From Centroscyllium fabricii (Eukaryota), in contig JBNRSN020000029.1 of NCBI GenBank assembly GCA_051313645.2, positions 21,328,001-21,392,000 of the forward strand: a stretch of DNA of 64,000 bases, in the 5' to 3' direction. Made by a program: the position numbers and the translations under genes. Each line of letters opens with the position of its first letter. Positions within the stretch are counted from its first letter, which is position 1. This document shows positions 47,101 through 58,116 of the stretch, in pieces. The notes below the pieces were generated by a model that had not been told where the DNA came from, did not search any database, and saw nothing but the letters and a program-made list of their open reading frames with translations.

Positions 47101-50100
47101 GGGACTTGAAGATAAATTCCAAGGGAACGGTTGGGACTGGTTGCTACTAGCAAAGGGGCTTGTTGGGACTGGTTGCGAGTTCCAACGGACTTGATGGGAC
47201 TGTGCGCTAAGGGCCTTGGGTACGGTACTAATGGCCATGGGACCGGTTGCTAAGGACCCTGGGAAAAGGTGCCAAAGTCTCTCCGACAGGGTGCTGAGGG
47301 CCAAGTGACCGGGTGCTAAGGGCTGTGGGACAGTGTGCTAAGGGGCATGGGACACGTTGCTAAAGGTTGTGGGACCGGTTGGTAAGGGCCGCGGGACCGG
47401 GTGGTGTGAAATATGGCTCCAGATGCTAAGGGCCATGGGACACAGTGCTAAGTGACCTGGTACCAGGTGCTAAGCGCCCTGGGACTGGGTGCTAAGGGCT
47501 CTGATACCAGGTGCTAAGCACCCTGGGACTGGGTGCTAAGGGCCCTGGGACTGGGTGCTAAGGGCCCTGCTAGTGGGTGCTAAGCACCCTGCAAATGGGT
47601 GCTAAGGGCCAAGGGACTTGCTGTGACTGGTTGATAAGATCCAATAAACTTGTAGATAAGGTCCAAGGGATTAATTGGGACTGGTTGCTACGAGCGAAGG
47701 AGCTTGTTGGGACTGGTTGCTGAGATCCAATAGACTTGTTGGGAGTGGATGCTAAGGGCTTTGGAACCACTGCTAAGGGCCATGGGACCCGTTGCTAAGG
47801 ACCCTTGGACCTGGTGCTAAGGGAGAGGGATCAGTTGCTAAGGGCCTTAGGACAGGGTGCTATGGGCCGAGGGACTGGGTGCGAAGTGCCCTGGGACCGG
47901 GTGCTAAGGGCCCTCAGACAGGGTGCTAAGGGCCAAGAGACCGGGTGCTAAAGGCCGTGGTACAGTGTGCTAAGGGGCATGGGACCCGTTGCTAAGGGCT
48001 GTGGGACCGGTTGATATGTGCCATTTGACTGGTTGCTAAAGCCGTGGTACCGGGTTCTAAGGGCCGTGGGATGGATGCTGAGGGCCACGGGACCAGGTGC
48101 TATGGGCCATGGGACTGGGAGCAAAGAGCCGAGGGACTGGTTGCCAAGTGCCGTGGGACCTGATGCTAAGGGCCGATGGACCAGTTACTAAGCGCCATGG
48201 GACAAGGTGATAAGGGTTGAGAGACCGATTACTAAGGGCCATGGGACAGGGTGCTGAGGGCCATGGGACCGGGTGCTAAGGGCTGAGAGACCGGGAGCTA
48301 AGGGCCACGGGACCGGTTGCTAAAGTCCCTTGCACCGGGTGCTAACGGCCGTGGGACCAGGAGCAAAGGGCCGAGTGATCGGTTGCTAAGGGCCATGAAA
48401 CCAGTTGCTAAGGGCCATGGGACTGGGTGCTAAAGGCCGTGGGACCGTGTGCTGAGGGCCGTGGGAGCGGTTGCCAAGGTCCATGGGATGGTATGCTAAT
48501 GGCCATGGGATCGGGCGCTAAGAGACCTGGCACCATGTGCTAAAGTCCGAGGGACAGGTTGCTAAGTGCCATGGAAGCAGTTGATAACGGCCAGGTGACG
48601 GGTTGCTAAAGGCGGGTTGCTAACCCCCTTGCGACAGGTTGCTAAGAGTCATGGGGCTGGTTGCTAAGGGCCATGGAAATGGTTGCTAAGGGCCATGGAA
48701 ATGGTTGCTAAGGACCAAGGGAACAGGTGCTAAGGGCTGAGGGGTCGAGTGCTAAGGACCAGGGGAGCAGTTTCTAAGGCCCAAGGAAATGGTTGCTTAG
48801 GGCCAAGGGAGCAGTAGCTCAGGGCCACAGCCAATAGCTAAGAGTGAAGGGACTGGTTGGTAACAGCCAAGGGGCCATTTGCTAAAGGCATTGGGGCTGG
48901 GTGTTAAGGACCATGGGACCGGGTGCTAAGGGCATGAGACCAACAGCAAAGGGCAGAGGGACTGGTTGCTAAGGGCTGATGGACAGGTTGCTAAGGGCCG
49001 AGGGACTGAGTGAGAAGGGCCGAAGGACCGGGCCATTGGACAGGGTGATATGGGCCGAGGGAATGGGTGCAAGGGGCCATGAGAGTGGGTGATAAGGGCC
49101 ATGCAACCGGATGCTATGAGCCAAGTGACTTGTTGTTCAGGGCCGAGTGACTAGTTGTTAAAGGCCGAGCGACCGTTTGCTAAAGGCTTTGGGAATGGGT
49201 GCCAAGGGCTGAGGGATTGGTTACTTAGGACCGAGGGAACGGCTGCTAAGGACCGAGGAACTGGTTGCTAAGGGCCAAGAGTTTGGTTGCTATTGGCTGA
49301 GGGACCGAGTGCTAAGTGCCGTGGGGCCGGTGATTAAGGACGAGGGGACCGGTTGCTGAGGGCCGGTTGCTGCGGGCTGTGGGACTGGTTGCTAAGGCCT
49401 GTGGAACCGGTTTCAAAGGCCATGGGGGGATTGTTTGCAAATTTCCGAGAGACCAGGTGCTAAGGGTCTAGGGACCGGGTGCTAAGGCCCTAGGGACCGG
49501 GTGCTAAGGGCGAGGGGACTAGTTGCTAAGGGCTATGAAACCAGTTTCGAAGGGTACGTGGTGCCCATTGCTGATGGCCAGGGGACCGGTTGCTAAGTGC
49601 CGGTTGCTCAGGGTCATGGGACCGGTTGCTAAGGGCTGAGGGACTGAGTGTGAAGGGCCGAAGGACCGGGTTCTAAGGGCCATTGGACAGGGTGCTAAGG
49701 GCTGAGGAACTGGTTGCTAAGGGACGAGTACTGGTTGCTAAGGGCCGAGGAACCAGTTCCTAAGGGTCATGCGATTGGGTCCTAAGGACTGAGGGACTGG
49801 TAGCTAAGGACCAAGAGACATGGTGCAAAGGCCCAAGGGAATGAATGCTGAGTGCCGAGGGGCCGAGTGCTAAGGACCAGGGGAGCAGTTTCTAAGGGCC
49901 AAGGAAATGGTTGCTAAGTGTCGTTGGACCGGTTGCTGAGGGTCAAGGGTCCAGTAGCTCAGTGTCGGAGACCTGTTGCTAAGAGGCAGGGGACTGGTTG
50001 CTAAGGGTCAGGGGACCGGTTGCTAAGGGTCAGGGGACTGGGTGCCAAGGCCGAGAGACCGGTAGCTAAGGGCCGAGGGTCTGGTTGTTTAGTGTTGTGG

Positions 50101-50314
50101 GACCTGTTGCTAAGTGCCATGGGACAGGGTGCTAAGGTTTGAGGGATCAGTTGCTGAGGGCCATGAGACAAGTTGCTAAGTGTTGTGGGACCAGGTGCTG
50201 AGAGCCTTGGGACCGGGTGCAAATGGCTTTGGGACTGGTTGCTGAGGGCCATGGGATCGGTTGCTACGGGCCGTGGGACTGGTTACTGTGGTTCAAGCAA
50301 CTGGTGGCTGAGAG

Positions 50315-50673
50315 ACAACATATTAAAGACACCAGATAGGGTAGATAGAGAGAAAATATTTCCACTGGTTGTGGACTGTAGGACTAGGGGGGCAGAGTCT
50401 GAAAATTAGAGCCAGACCTCTCAGGAGTGAAATTAGGAAACACTTCTACACACAAAACGTGGTTGAAATTTGAAACCATCTTCCGCAAATGGCAAGTGGT
50501 GATAGATCAATTGTTCATTTTAATTCTGAGATTGATACCTTTCTGTTAGCCAAATATATTAAGAGAGCTAGAGCAACGTCGGGTATCTGCAGTTAGCTCG
50601 TAGATCAGCCACAATCATTTGAATGGCAAAACAGGCTCAAGTGGTTCAATGGCCTACTCCTGTTCCCATGTTC
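50315..50673 (+). mobile_element. CR1 LINE 3' end (ORF2 C-terminus and 3'UTR), copy 1 of 3
   Basis: DRVDREKIFPL..RTRG..LKIRARP.RSEIRKHFYTQ; 3'UTR AGATCAGCC...AATGGCCTACTCCTGTTCC. Confidence 0.88.
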
Positions 50674-51146
50674 AGAAGAGACCAGCGGCTGAGGTCCGAG
50701 GTACTGATTGCTAAGGGCCATGTGACCAGTTGCTAGGGTCCGAGGGACCAGTGGCTAAGGGCCAGGGAACCGGTTGCTAAGGGCCGGTTGCTAAGGGCCG
50801 TGTTACCAGATGGTCAGGGCCATGGGGCTGGTTGCTAAGGGCAATGGACCCAATTGCTAAAGCCCAAGGAAATGGTTGCTAATGGCCAAGGAATTCGTAG
50901 CTAAGTGCCACAGCCAATTACTAAGAGCTAAGGGACTGGTTGCTAAGTGCCAAGGGACCACTTACTAAGGGCCGAGACTCGTTGCTAAGAGCTGAAGGAC
51001 CGGTTGCTCAGGGCCATGGGATCGGGTGCTAAAGGCCGAGGGTCCGGGTGCTAAAGGCCGAGGGACCTGTTGCAACGGCCCAGGGGACTGATTTCTAAGC
51101 GCCAAGGAAACGGGTGCTAAGTGCCAAGGGACTTGTAATTAATGGC

Positions 51147-53257
51147 TGTTATGTATGATGTGTATGTATATGTTATCCTCCCACCTGTGGTGGTGCTGCT
51201 ACAGCACTGCACAGCCATGAGGTACTTTTACTTTCACTTTCTCTTTATATTGTTAATTAAACTAAACAGCTTTTTACAACTCTGTAGTTTGAATTCTCTT
51301 TGTGTTTAAGTTGAAATACTTAGATACAATAAGTGGCGACAAAGTGAAATTATTCTGCGTGTGGAACATAGTACCGGAATTCCATCTCTCACTGCAAGCA
51401 GGATGCGAAGCTGGGCTTTGCTGTTTTCGGGACACACATACGACATCAAATATCGTAAATCAGAATTGCACAGCAAAGCAGATGGTCTCTCGAGGCTGCC
51501 CTTGCCTGTTACTCACCCAGAGCCTCGTCAGAGAGACATCTTCTACATCAGTAAGTTGAGGGAGCGCCTGTCACTGCAGCCCAGGTGCGAAGGCACACTT
51601 GCAACAATGCAGTTCTGTCTGAGGGAATGGATGATATCATTCGAGGGAGAGGTATAGGAGATTCTCCTTGGGTGAAACCTTACGTTTCAAAAAGGAATGA
51701 GCTCTCCATCCAGGCAGGTTGTCTTCTCTGGGGACACTGTGTCATCATTCTGCCACCTCTGAGGGAAACTGTACTGCAATAACTTCATGCAGGCCCCAGT
51801 TGAATGGTTTGGATGAAGGAAATGGCCAGAAGCTACTTCTGGTGGCCAGGTCACGATGGAAACACTGAGGAGAAAGCCAAAACATGTTCCCCATGTCAAA
51901 CGGTCTGGAATGTTCCACAGCTGGCACCCCTACACCCCTGGGATTGGCCTGAAGGTGTGTGGCAGCGTGTTCATGTGGACTTCGCCAGTCCTTTTGATGA
52001 GAAGATGTTTATGGTGGTTGTGGATGCTCATAACAAGTGGCCAGAGGTCGCTGTCATGAGGTCTACAATGGCAGAGAAAACAATTGAGAAACTCAGTGAG
52101 ATGTTCAGCCATTATGTCTCACCAGAGCAACTCGTAAGTGACAATGGTCCACAATTTGTGTCACAGGAGTTTGCAACTTCATTGCAAGTGAATGGTGTCC
52201 AACACATCAGGTCTGCGCCCTACCATCCCTCTACTAACGGCCTGGCAGTCATTTTCATGCAAACCTTGAAGCGCACCTTGAAGGCATTGCAAGGTCAGGG
52301 CTCAATCCACCAACGTCTGAACAGATTCCCGTTGTCCTACAGGAACGAGCCGCATGCCACAATCAAAACTTCCCCCACTTCGCTCATGATGAAGAGGCAG
52401 TTGCAGACAAATTATGACTTACTCAAACCTCCAAGGGCAGAGCAGGTTGTCCAATGTCAACAACAAGCTCAAGTTGAAAGAAGGGAGATAAGAGCGAAGG
52501 AGAGGCAGTTTCATCCTGGAGAGCAAGTCCTAGCTCAAAACTACAACACTGGCCGGAAATGGGGCCCTGCTATGGTGATCGCGCAGATGGGCCCTTGTCA
52601 TACATGGTTGAGCCCGCTGAGGACATCATGTGGAGAAGACACACTGATCAACTGTTGCTAGGAGCAGAGACAGCCACTGAGGCTCTAAAGGCTGACAGGC
52701 CTGAACTGTTTCCATATGAAACCGCAAACCAGCATCCTTCTGCACAGTGCTCTTCTCCAACACATGAAGTCAAAGAGACTGTTCCACCTGTACACACTCC
52801 TGACTTTCGACAAACACAGGCACCTTCTCCATCAAGTCCTGTGTCAATCTCTACTGCTGTTGAAGCGAGCGATGCCCGCCGGTATCCTGTCAGATAGCGG
52901 CGGCCTCCAAGATGCTTGGAGCTGTAGGTTTAGAATCTTACCCACAAGAATGGGGCAGAATAAACCTCAGGGTAAAGTCAGGGTTTGAGGCAGTCTACCT
53001 CTACCCATCGTTAGTTGATTACATTGGAAGTAATTTACTTCTTGAGAAATAATGGGGACATTTTATTTAAGGGGGGAGGAATGATGTGTATGTATGTGTT
53101 ATCCTCCCGCCTGTGGTGGCGTAGCTACAGCACTGCACAGCCATTAGGTTCTTTTACTTTCACTTTTTCTATTTACAGTTGATTAAACTAAGCAGCTTTT
53201 TACAGCTGTGTAGTTTGAATTCTATTTGTGTTTTAGTAGAAAGACTTAGATACAATA
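51147..53257 (+). mobile_element. Internally deleted Gypsy element (Mag/K02A2.6-like) with both LTRs
   Basis: TSD ATGGC at 51142-51146 and 53258-53262; LTRs at 51147-51331 and 53082-53257; PBS-like TGGCGAC at 51334; PPT AAGGGGGGAGGA ending at ~53081. Confidence 0.9.
51373..52897 (+). pseudogene. pol: RNase H tail plus integrase remnant
   Basis: GIPSLTASRMRSWAL, ARSYFWWPG, CSPCQ, LHPWDWP..WQRVHVDFA, LVSDNGPQF, SAPYHPSTNGLA; frameshifts and stops. Confidence 0.9.
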
Positions 53258-54296
53258 ATGGCCACAGCTAACTGCTGAGAGCGAAGGGACTGATTGCTAA
53301 GAGCCAAGGGGCCATTTGCTAAAGGCCATTGGACCGGATGCTAAGGGTCATGGGACCAGGTGCTAAGGGCCATGGGACTGGGTGCCAGAGGCAGAGGGAC
53401 CATTTGCTAAAGGCAGAGGGACCGGGTGCTAAGGGCCGAAGGACCAGGTTCTAAGGGCCGAAGGACCAGGAGTTAAGGACCAGGGGACTGGTTGCTAAGG
53501 GCCATGAATCCAGTTGCTAAGGGCCGGGGGACTGATTGCTATGAGCCGGGGAATTGGTTGCTAAGTCCTGGGGGATCGGTTGCAAAGGACCAGGCACCGA
53601 TTGCTAACGGTCGGCGGATCGGTAGCTAAGGGCCAGGGGACCGGTTTCAAACGGCCGCAGGATTGATTTTTAAGGGCCTCGGGACTGGGTGCTAAGGGCC
53701 TCGGGACTGGATGCTATGGGCCGAGTAATCAGTTGCTAATTGCCAGGAAACAGGTTGCTAATTGGCATGGAGCCGTTTGCAAACGGCCAGGGGAGAAGTT
53801 GCTATGCACCGGTTGCTAAGGGACTTGGGAGCAGTTGCTAAGGGCCAGTGGAGCAGTTGCTATGGGCCAGGGGAACAGTTGCTAAAGGTCAGTGGGCCAG
53901 TTACTAAGAGCAAGGGGACCTGTTGCTCAGTGCCAGGGTATCAATAGGTAATGACCGGCAGACCGATTGCTAAGGAGTGGGGGTTCAGTTGCTATGGGCC
54001 GATTGACCGGTTGCTAAGGGCCATGGAACTGGTTGCTAAGGGCCGTGCAGCCGGTAGCTAATGGCCAGGGGACCAGTTGCCAAGCAAAGGGTGGTAAGGC
54101 CACTGGGTCAGGGTGGTACGGCCATGGGACTGGTTGCTAAGAGTCACAGGACGAGTTGCTAAGGACCGTGGGACATGTTACTAAGGGCCGTGGGACCAGT
54201 TGCTAAGGTACGTGGGACCAGGTGCTGAGAGCCGTCAGGCTGGGTGTTATGGGCCGTGGGACCGGTTACTGAGGGTCAAGCGACTGGTGGTTGAGA

Positions 54297-54653
54297 GACA
54301 ACATATGAAAGGCACCAGATAGGGTAGATAGAAAAACTATTCCCACTGGTTATAGACACCAGGACTAGGGTGCAGAGTCTAAAAATTAGAGCCAGACCTA
54401 TCAGGAGTGAAATTAGGAAAAAAGTCCACTCACAAAACGTGGTGGAAAATTGGAACCATCTTCCGCAAATGGCAATTGGTGAAAGATCAATTGTTCATTT
54501 TAATTCTGAGACTGATACCTTTCTGTTAGCTAAAGACATTAAGAGATATGGAGCAACAGCGGGTATATGGAGATAGGTCACAGATCGGCCAAGATTTTTT
54601 GAATGGCAAAACAGGCTCAAATGGTTCAATGGCCTACTCCTGTTCCGATGTTC
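54297..54653 (+). mobile_element. CR1 LINE 3' end, copy 2 of 3
   Basis: QSLKIRARPIRSEIRK...VVENWNHLPQ...DTFLLAKDIKRYG; same flanks as the copy at 50315. Confidence 0.88.
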
Positions 54654-56003
54654 TGAAGAGACCAGTGGCTGAGGGCCGAGGGACCAGTGGTTAAGGGCCG
54701 TAGGACCAGTTGCTAATGGTCATGAGATCGGGTGTTACGGGCCAGATGACCGGTTGCTAATGGCTGATTGCTAAGGGCCGTGGGACCGGTTGCCAAGTGC
54801 CAAGGGACTGGTTGCTAAGGGCAAGGGGACCAGTTGCTACAGGCCAAGGGGACCAGTTGCTGAAGGCCAAGGAAAAAGTTGTTAAGGTCCAAGGAGCTGG
54901 TAGCAAAGGGCCATGGCCAATTGCAAAGAGCTAAGGGACTGATTGCTAAGAGCCAAGTGGCCAGTTGCTAGGAACCATGGGACTGGGTGCTAAGGGCCGT
55001 GGGACCGGGTGCTACGAGCTGAGGGACCGGTTGCTAAAGGCCGAGGAACTCAGTGCTAAGGGCCGAGGAACCGGTTGCTAAGGGATGAGGGACTGGTTGC
55101 TAAGGGCCAAGGGACTAGTTGCGAAGTGTCATGGGGTTGGGTGCTAATGACCTAGACACTGGTAGCTAATGGCCGAGGGACCTGGTGCAAGGGATCGAGG
55201 GAATGGATGCCAAGGGCCGAGCGGCCGAGTACTTAGGACCAGGGAAGCAGTTTCTAAGGGCCAAGGAAATGGTTGCTAAGGGCAATTGGACCAGTTGCTA
55301 AGGGCCAAGGATCCTGTTGCTAAGGGTCAGGGACCTGTTGCTAAGCGACAGGGGAGCAGTTGCTAAGGGCCGAGCGAACGGGTGCTAAGGGACGAGAGAC
55401 TGGGTGCGAAGGAACGAGGGACCGGTAGCTAAGGGACGAGTGTCCAGTTGCTAAGGCTCTGGGGACCACTTGCTAAGGGCCATGGGACAGGGTGCTAATT
55501 GCCGTTTGGCCGGTTGCTAAGAGATAAGGTTCCTATTGCTAAGGGTTGGGAACAAGTTGCTAAGGGCCGAGGGGCCCATTGTTTAGGACCAGGGGAGCAG
55601 TTTCTAAGGGCCAAGGAAATGGTTGCTAAGGGCTGTTGGACCGGTTGCTAAGGATCAAATGTCCTGTTGCTAAGAGTCGCGGACCTATTGCTAAGGGCCA
55701 GGGGACCGGTTGCTAAGGGCCAGGCGACTGGGTGCTAAGGCCCAGGGGACTGGGTGCTAAGGGCCGAGAGTCCGGGTGCCAAGAAATGAGGGATGGGCAG
55801 CTAAGGGCCGAGGGTCCGGTTGCTAAGGGTCAGGGGACCAGTTGCTGAGGGACATGAGACAGGGTGCTAAGGACCATGGGACCAGGTGCTCAGGGCCATG
55901 GGACCGGGTGCTAAGGGCCGTGGGACCGGTTGCTGAGTGTCATGGGACCGGTTGCTAAGGGCCGTGGGACCAGTTACTGAGGTTCAGCAACTGATGGCTG
56001 AAA

Positions 56004-56356
56004 GACAACATATTAAAGACACCAGATACGGTAGATAGAGAGAAAATATTCCCACAAGTTGTGAACTAGGGGGGCAGAGTTTAAAAATTATAACCAGACC
56101 TTTCAGGAGTGTAATTAGGAAACAATTCCACACAAAACGTGGTTGAAATTTGAAACCATCTTCCGCAAATGGCAATTGGTGATAGATCAATTGTTCATTT
56201 TATTTCTGAGACTGATACCTTTCTGTTAGCCAAAGATATTAAGAGATATGGAGCAACGTTGGGAAAATGGAGTTAGCTCGCAGATCAGCCATGATCTTTT
56301 GAATGGCAATTAGGCTCAAGGGGTTCAATGGCTGGCCTACTCCTGTTCTCATGTTC
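56004..56356 (+). mobile_element. CR1 LINE 3' end, copy 3 of 3
   Basis: Same 5' truncation point and flanking satellite variants as the other two copies. Confidence 0.88.
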
Positions 56357-57754
56357 AGAAGTGACCAGCAGCTGATGGCTGAGGTACCGGTTGCTAAGGG
56401 CCACGTGACCAGTTGTTAAGGGCCGAGGGACCAGTGGCTAAGGGCCAGGGGAACAGTTGCTAAGGGCCGTTTGCTACGGGCCGTGGGACCGGATGCTAAG
56501 TGCCATCAGGCCGGTTGCTAAGGGCATGGAGACCGGTTGCTAAAGGCCAAGGAAATGGTTGCGAAGGGCGAAGGAGCCAATAGCTAAGGGCCACGGCCAA
56601 TTGCTAATAGCAAAGGGACTGGTTGCTAAGAGCCATGGGACCGCGTGCCAAGGGCCATGGGACTAGGTGCTAAGGGCCATGGGATCGGGTGCTAAGGGCC
56701 ATGTGACTGGGTGCTAAGGGCTGAGGGACCAGTTGCTTTGTGCCGAGGGACTGGTTGCTAAGGGCCAAGCTACCAGGTGCTAAGTGCCTAGGGACCGGGT
56801 TATAAGAAACGAGAGACCGGGTGCTAAGAGCCAATACCAGGCTCTATCGCCGAGTGACCGGGTGATAAGGATCGGGGACCAGTTGCTAAGTGCCATGAAA
56901 CTGGTTGCTAAGGGCCGGTTGCTAAGCGCCGTGGGTCCAGTAGTACGAGCCGTTGGGCCAGTTGCTAAGGACCATGGGTCCTGTTGCTAAGGGTCAGGGA
57001 ACGGTTGCTAAGGGCCAGCGGACCGGTTGCCAAGGGCCGGGGGATCGGTTGCTTAGGGCCGGTGGGCCATTTCGCTGAGGGCCAGGGGATCAGCAGCTAA
57101 GGGCTGTTGGACTGGGCGCTAAGGACCAGGTGACCGGTTGCTAAGTGCCAGTTGCTAAGCGCAATGTGTCCTGTTGCTATTGTTTGGGGAGCGGTTGCTA
57201 AGGGCCGGGGAATCGTTTGCTAAGAGCCAGGGGATCGGTTGCTTAGGGCCGGGGCACCGGTTGCTCTTTGCTATGAAACCGGTTGCTACGTGCCATGGGG
57301 CTGGTTTCTCACGGACAGTGGACCAGTTGCTAAGGGCCAAGGGATCAGTTGTTAAGGGCCGCATGACCGCTTGCTAAGGAATGGGGGACCGGCTGCTTTG
57401 GGCTATGGAGCCTGTTGCTAAGGGATGTGGGGTCAGTTGCTGACGTCCAGGATACCGGTTGCCAAGGACCGCATGCTAAGAGCCAAAGGAGGGGTTGCTA
57501 AGGGCCAAAGAACCAGTTGTTAAGGGCCAGGATACTGGTTGTTGAGGCCGAGGTAACGGTTGCTAAGGGCTGAGGATAGGTTTCTTAGGGCCGGGGGACT
57601 GGGTGCTAATGGCCAGGTGATTGGTTCCTAAGGGCCAGTTGCTAAGCCCCCTGGGTCCTGTTGCTAATGGTCAGGGACTGGTTGCTATGGACCAGGAGAC
57701 CACTTGCCAATGGCCAGGGGACCGGTTGCTAAGGGCCGAGGGATCGGTTTCTAG

Positions 57755-57977
57755 TGTCGGGGGTGTCTTGTTTTGCACACTTTGTACAAAAATAATATAT
57801 TGCAGGACAACGGAGTATTATAAATTAACATTTAGTACAGCATGAGGTCTGATCTTACTTCTAGCAGCTCCACTGGGAAAGTGTGGTGTTGGGACACTGT
57901 GTTCAGGAACTTACCAAACAGTAGCTGTCCTTTCAGAATGCCTGCAACCAATGACAATTCAGTACGCAAATATTACA
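57755..57977 (-). repeat. 3' LTR of the minus-strand Gypsy, ~223 bp
   Basis: Minus strand TGTAATA...CCCCGACA directly after the PPT; it abuts the end of the satellite. The partner LTR is outside the window. Confidence 0.72.
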
Positions 57978-58116
57978 TCCCCTTTCTTTTAAAAGAAAAA
58001 TGTAATGTGTTACGTTTAAACCTTTCTTCTACATAATGCTCTTGGTTGCATCAACCTATAAGTAAACTCAGTATTTAACTAACACTGAAAACATCTCAAT
58101 ATTTCTATGCACAGTT

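Larger units (their letters stand above)
2288..57754 (+). repeat. 22-bp G-rich satellite array, consensus GGGACCGG(T/G)TGCTAAGGGCCAT, interrupted by TE insertions
   Basis: Head-to-tail, diverged monomers with a recurring TGCTAAGGG core every ~22 bp, all in one orientation except a 23-bp patch at 38058-38080. Confidence 0.97.

Noticed and set aside
30648-51146. Shared ATG-starting target sites (ATGCT, ATGCTA, ATGGC) as targeted integration
   Set aside because: Only three events from unrelated enzymes, in a low-complexity target where ATG is common.
2288-57754. Dozens of 60-120 aa ORFs (GPWDRVLRA-like and ALSNRS-like peptides)
   Set aside because: They are translations of a 22-bp non-triplet satellite in which TAA stops happen to be mutated. 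No domains, splice structure or frame conservation.
2288-57754. CRISPR-like array (conserved TGCTAAGGG core with variable intervening bases)
   Set aside because: The intervening sequences are diverged versions of one monomer, not unique spacers. No cas genes are present and the context is eukaryotic TEs.
2288-57754. Telomeric array or immunoglobulin switch region
   Set aside because: There is no tandem (TTAGGG)n, only one TAAGGG per monomer. AGCT motifs are sparse and no Ig exons are visible.
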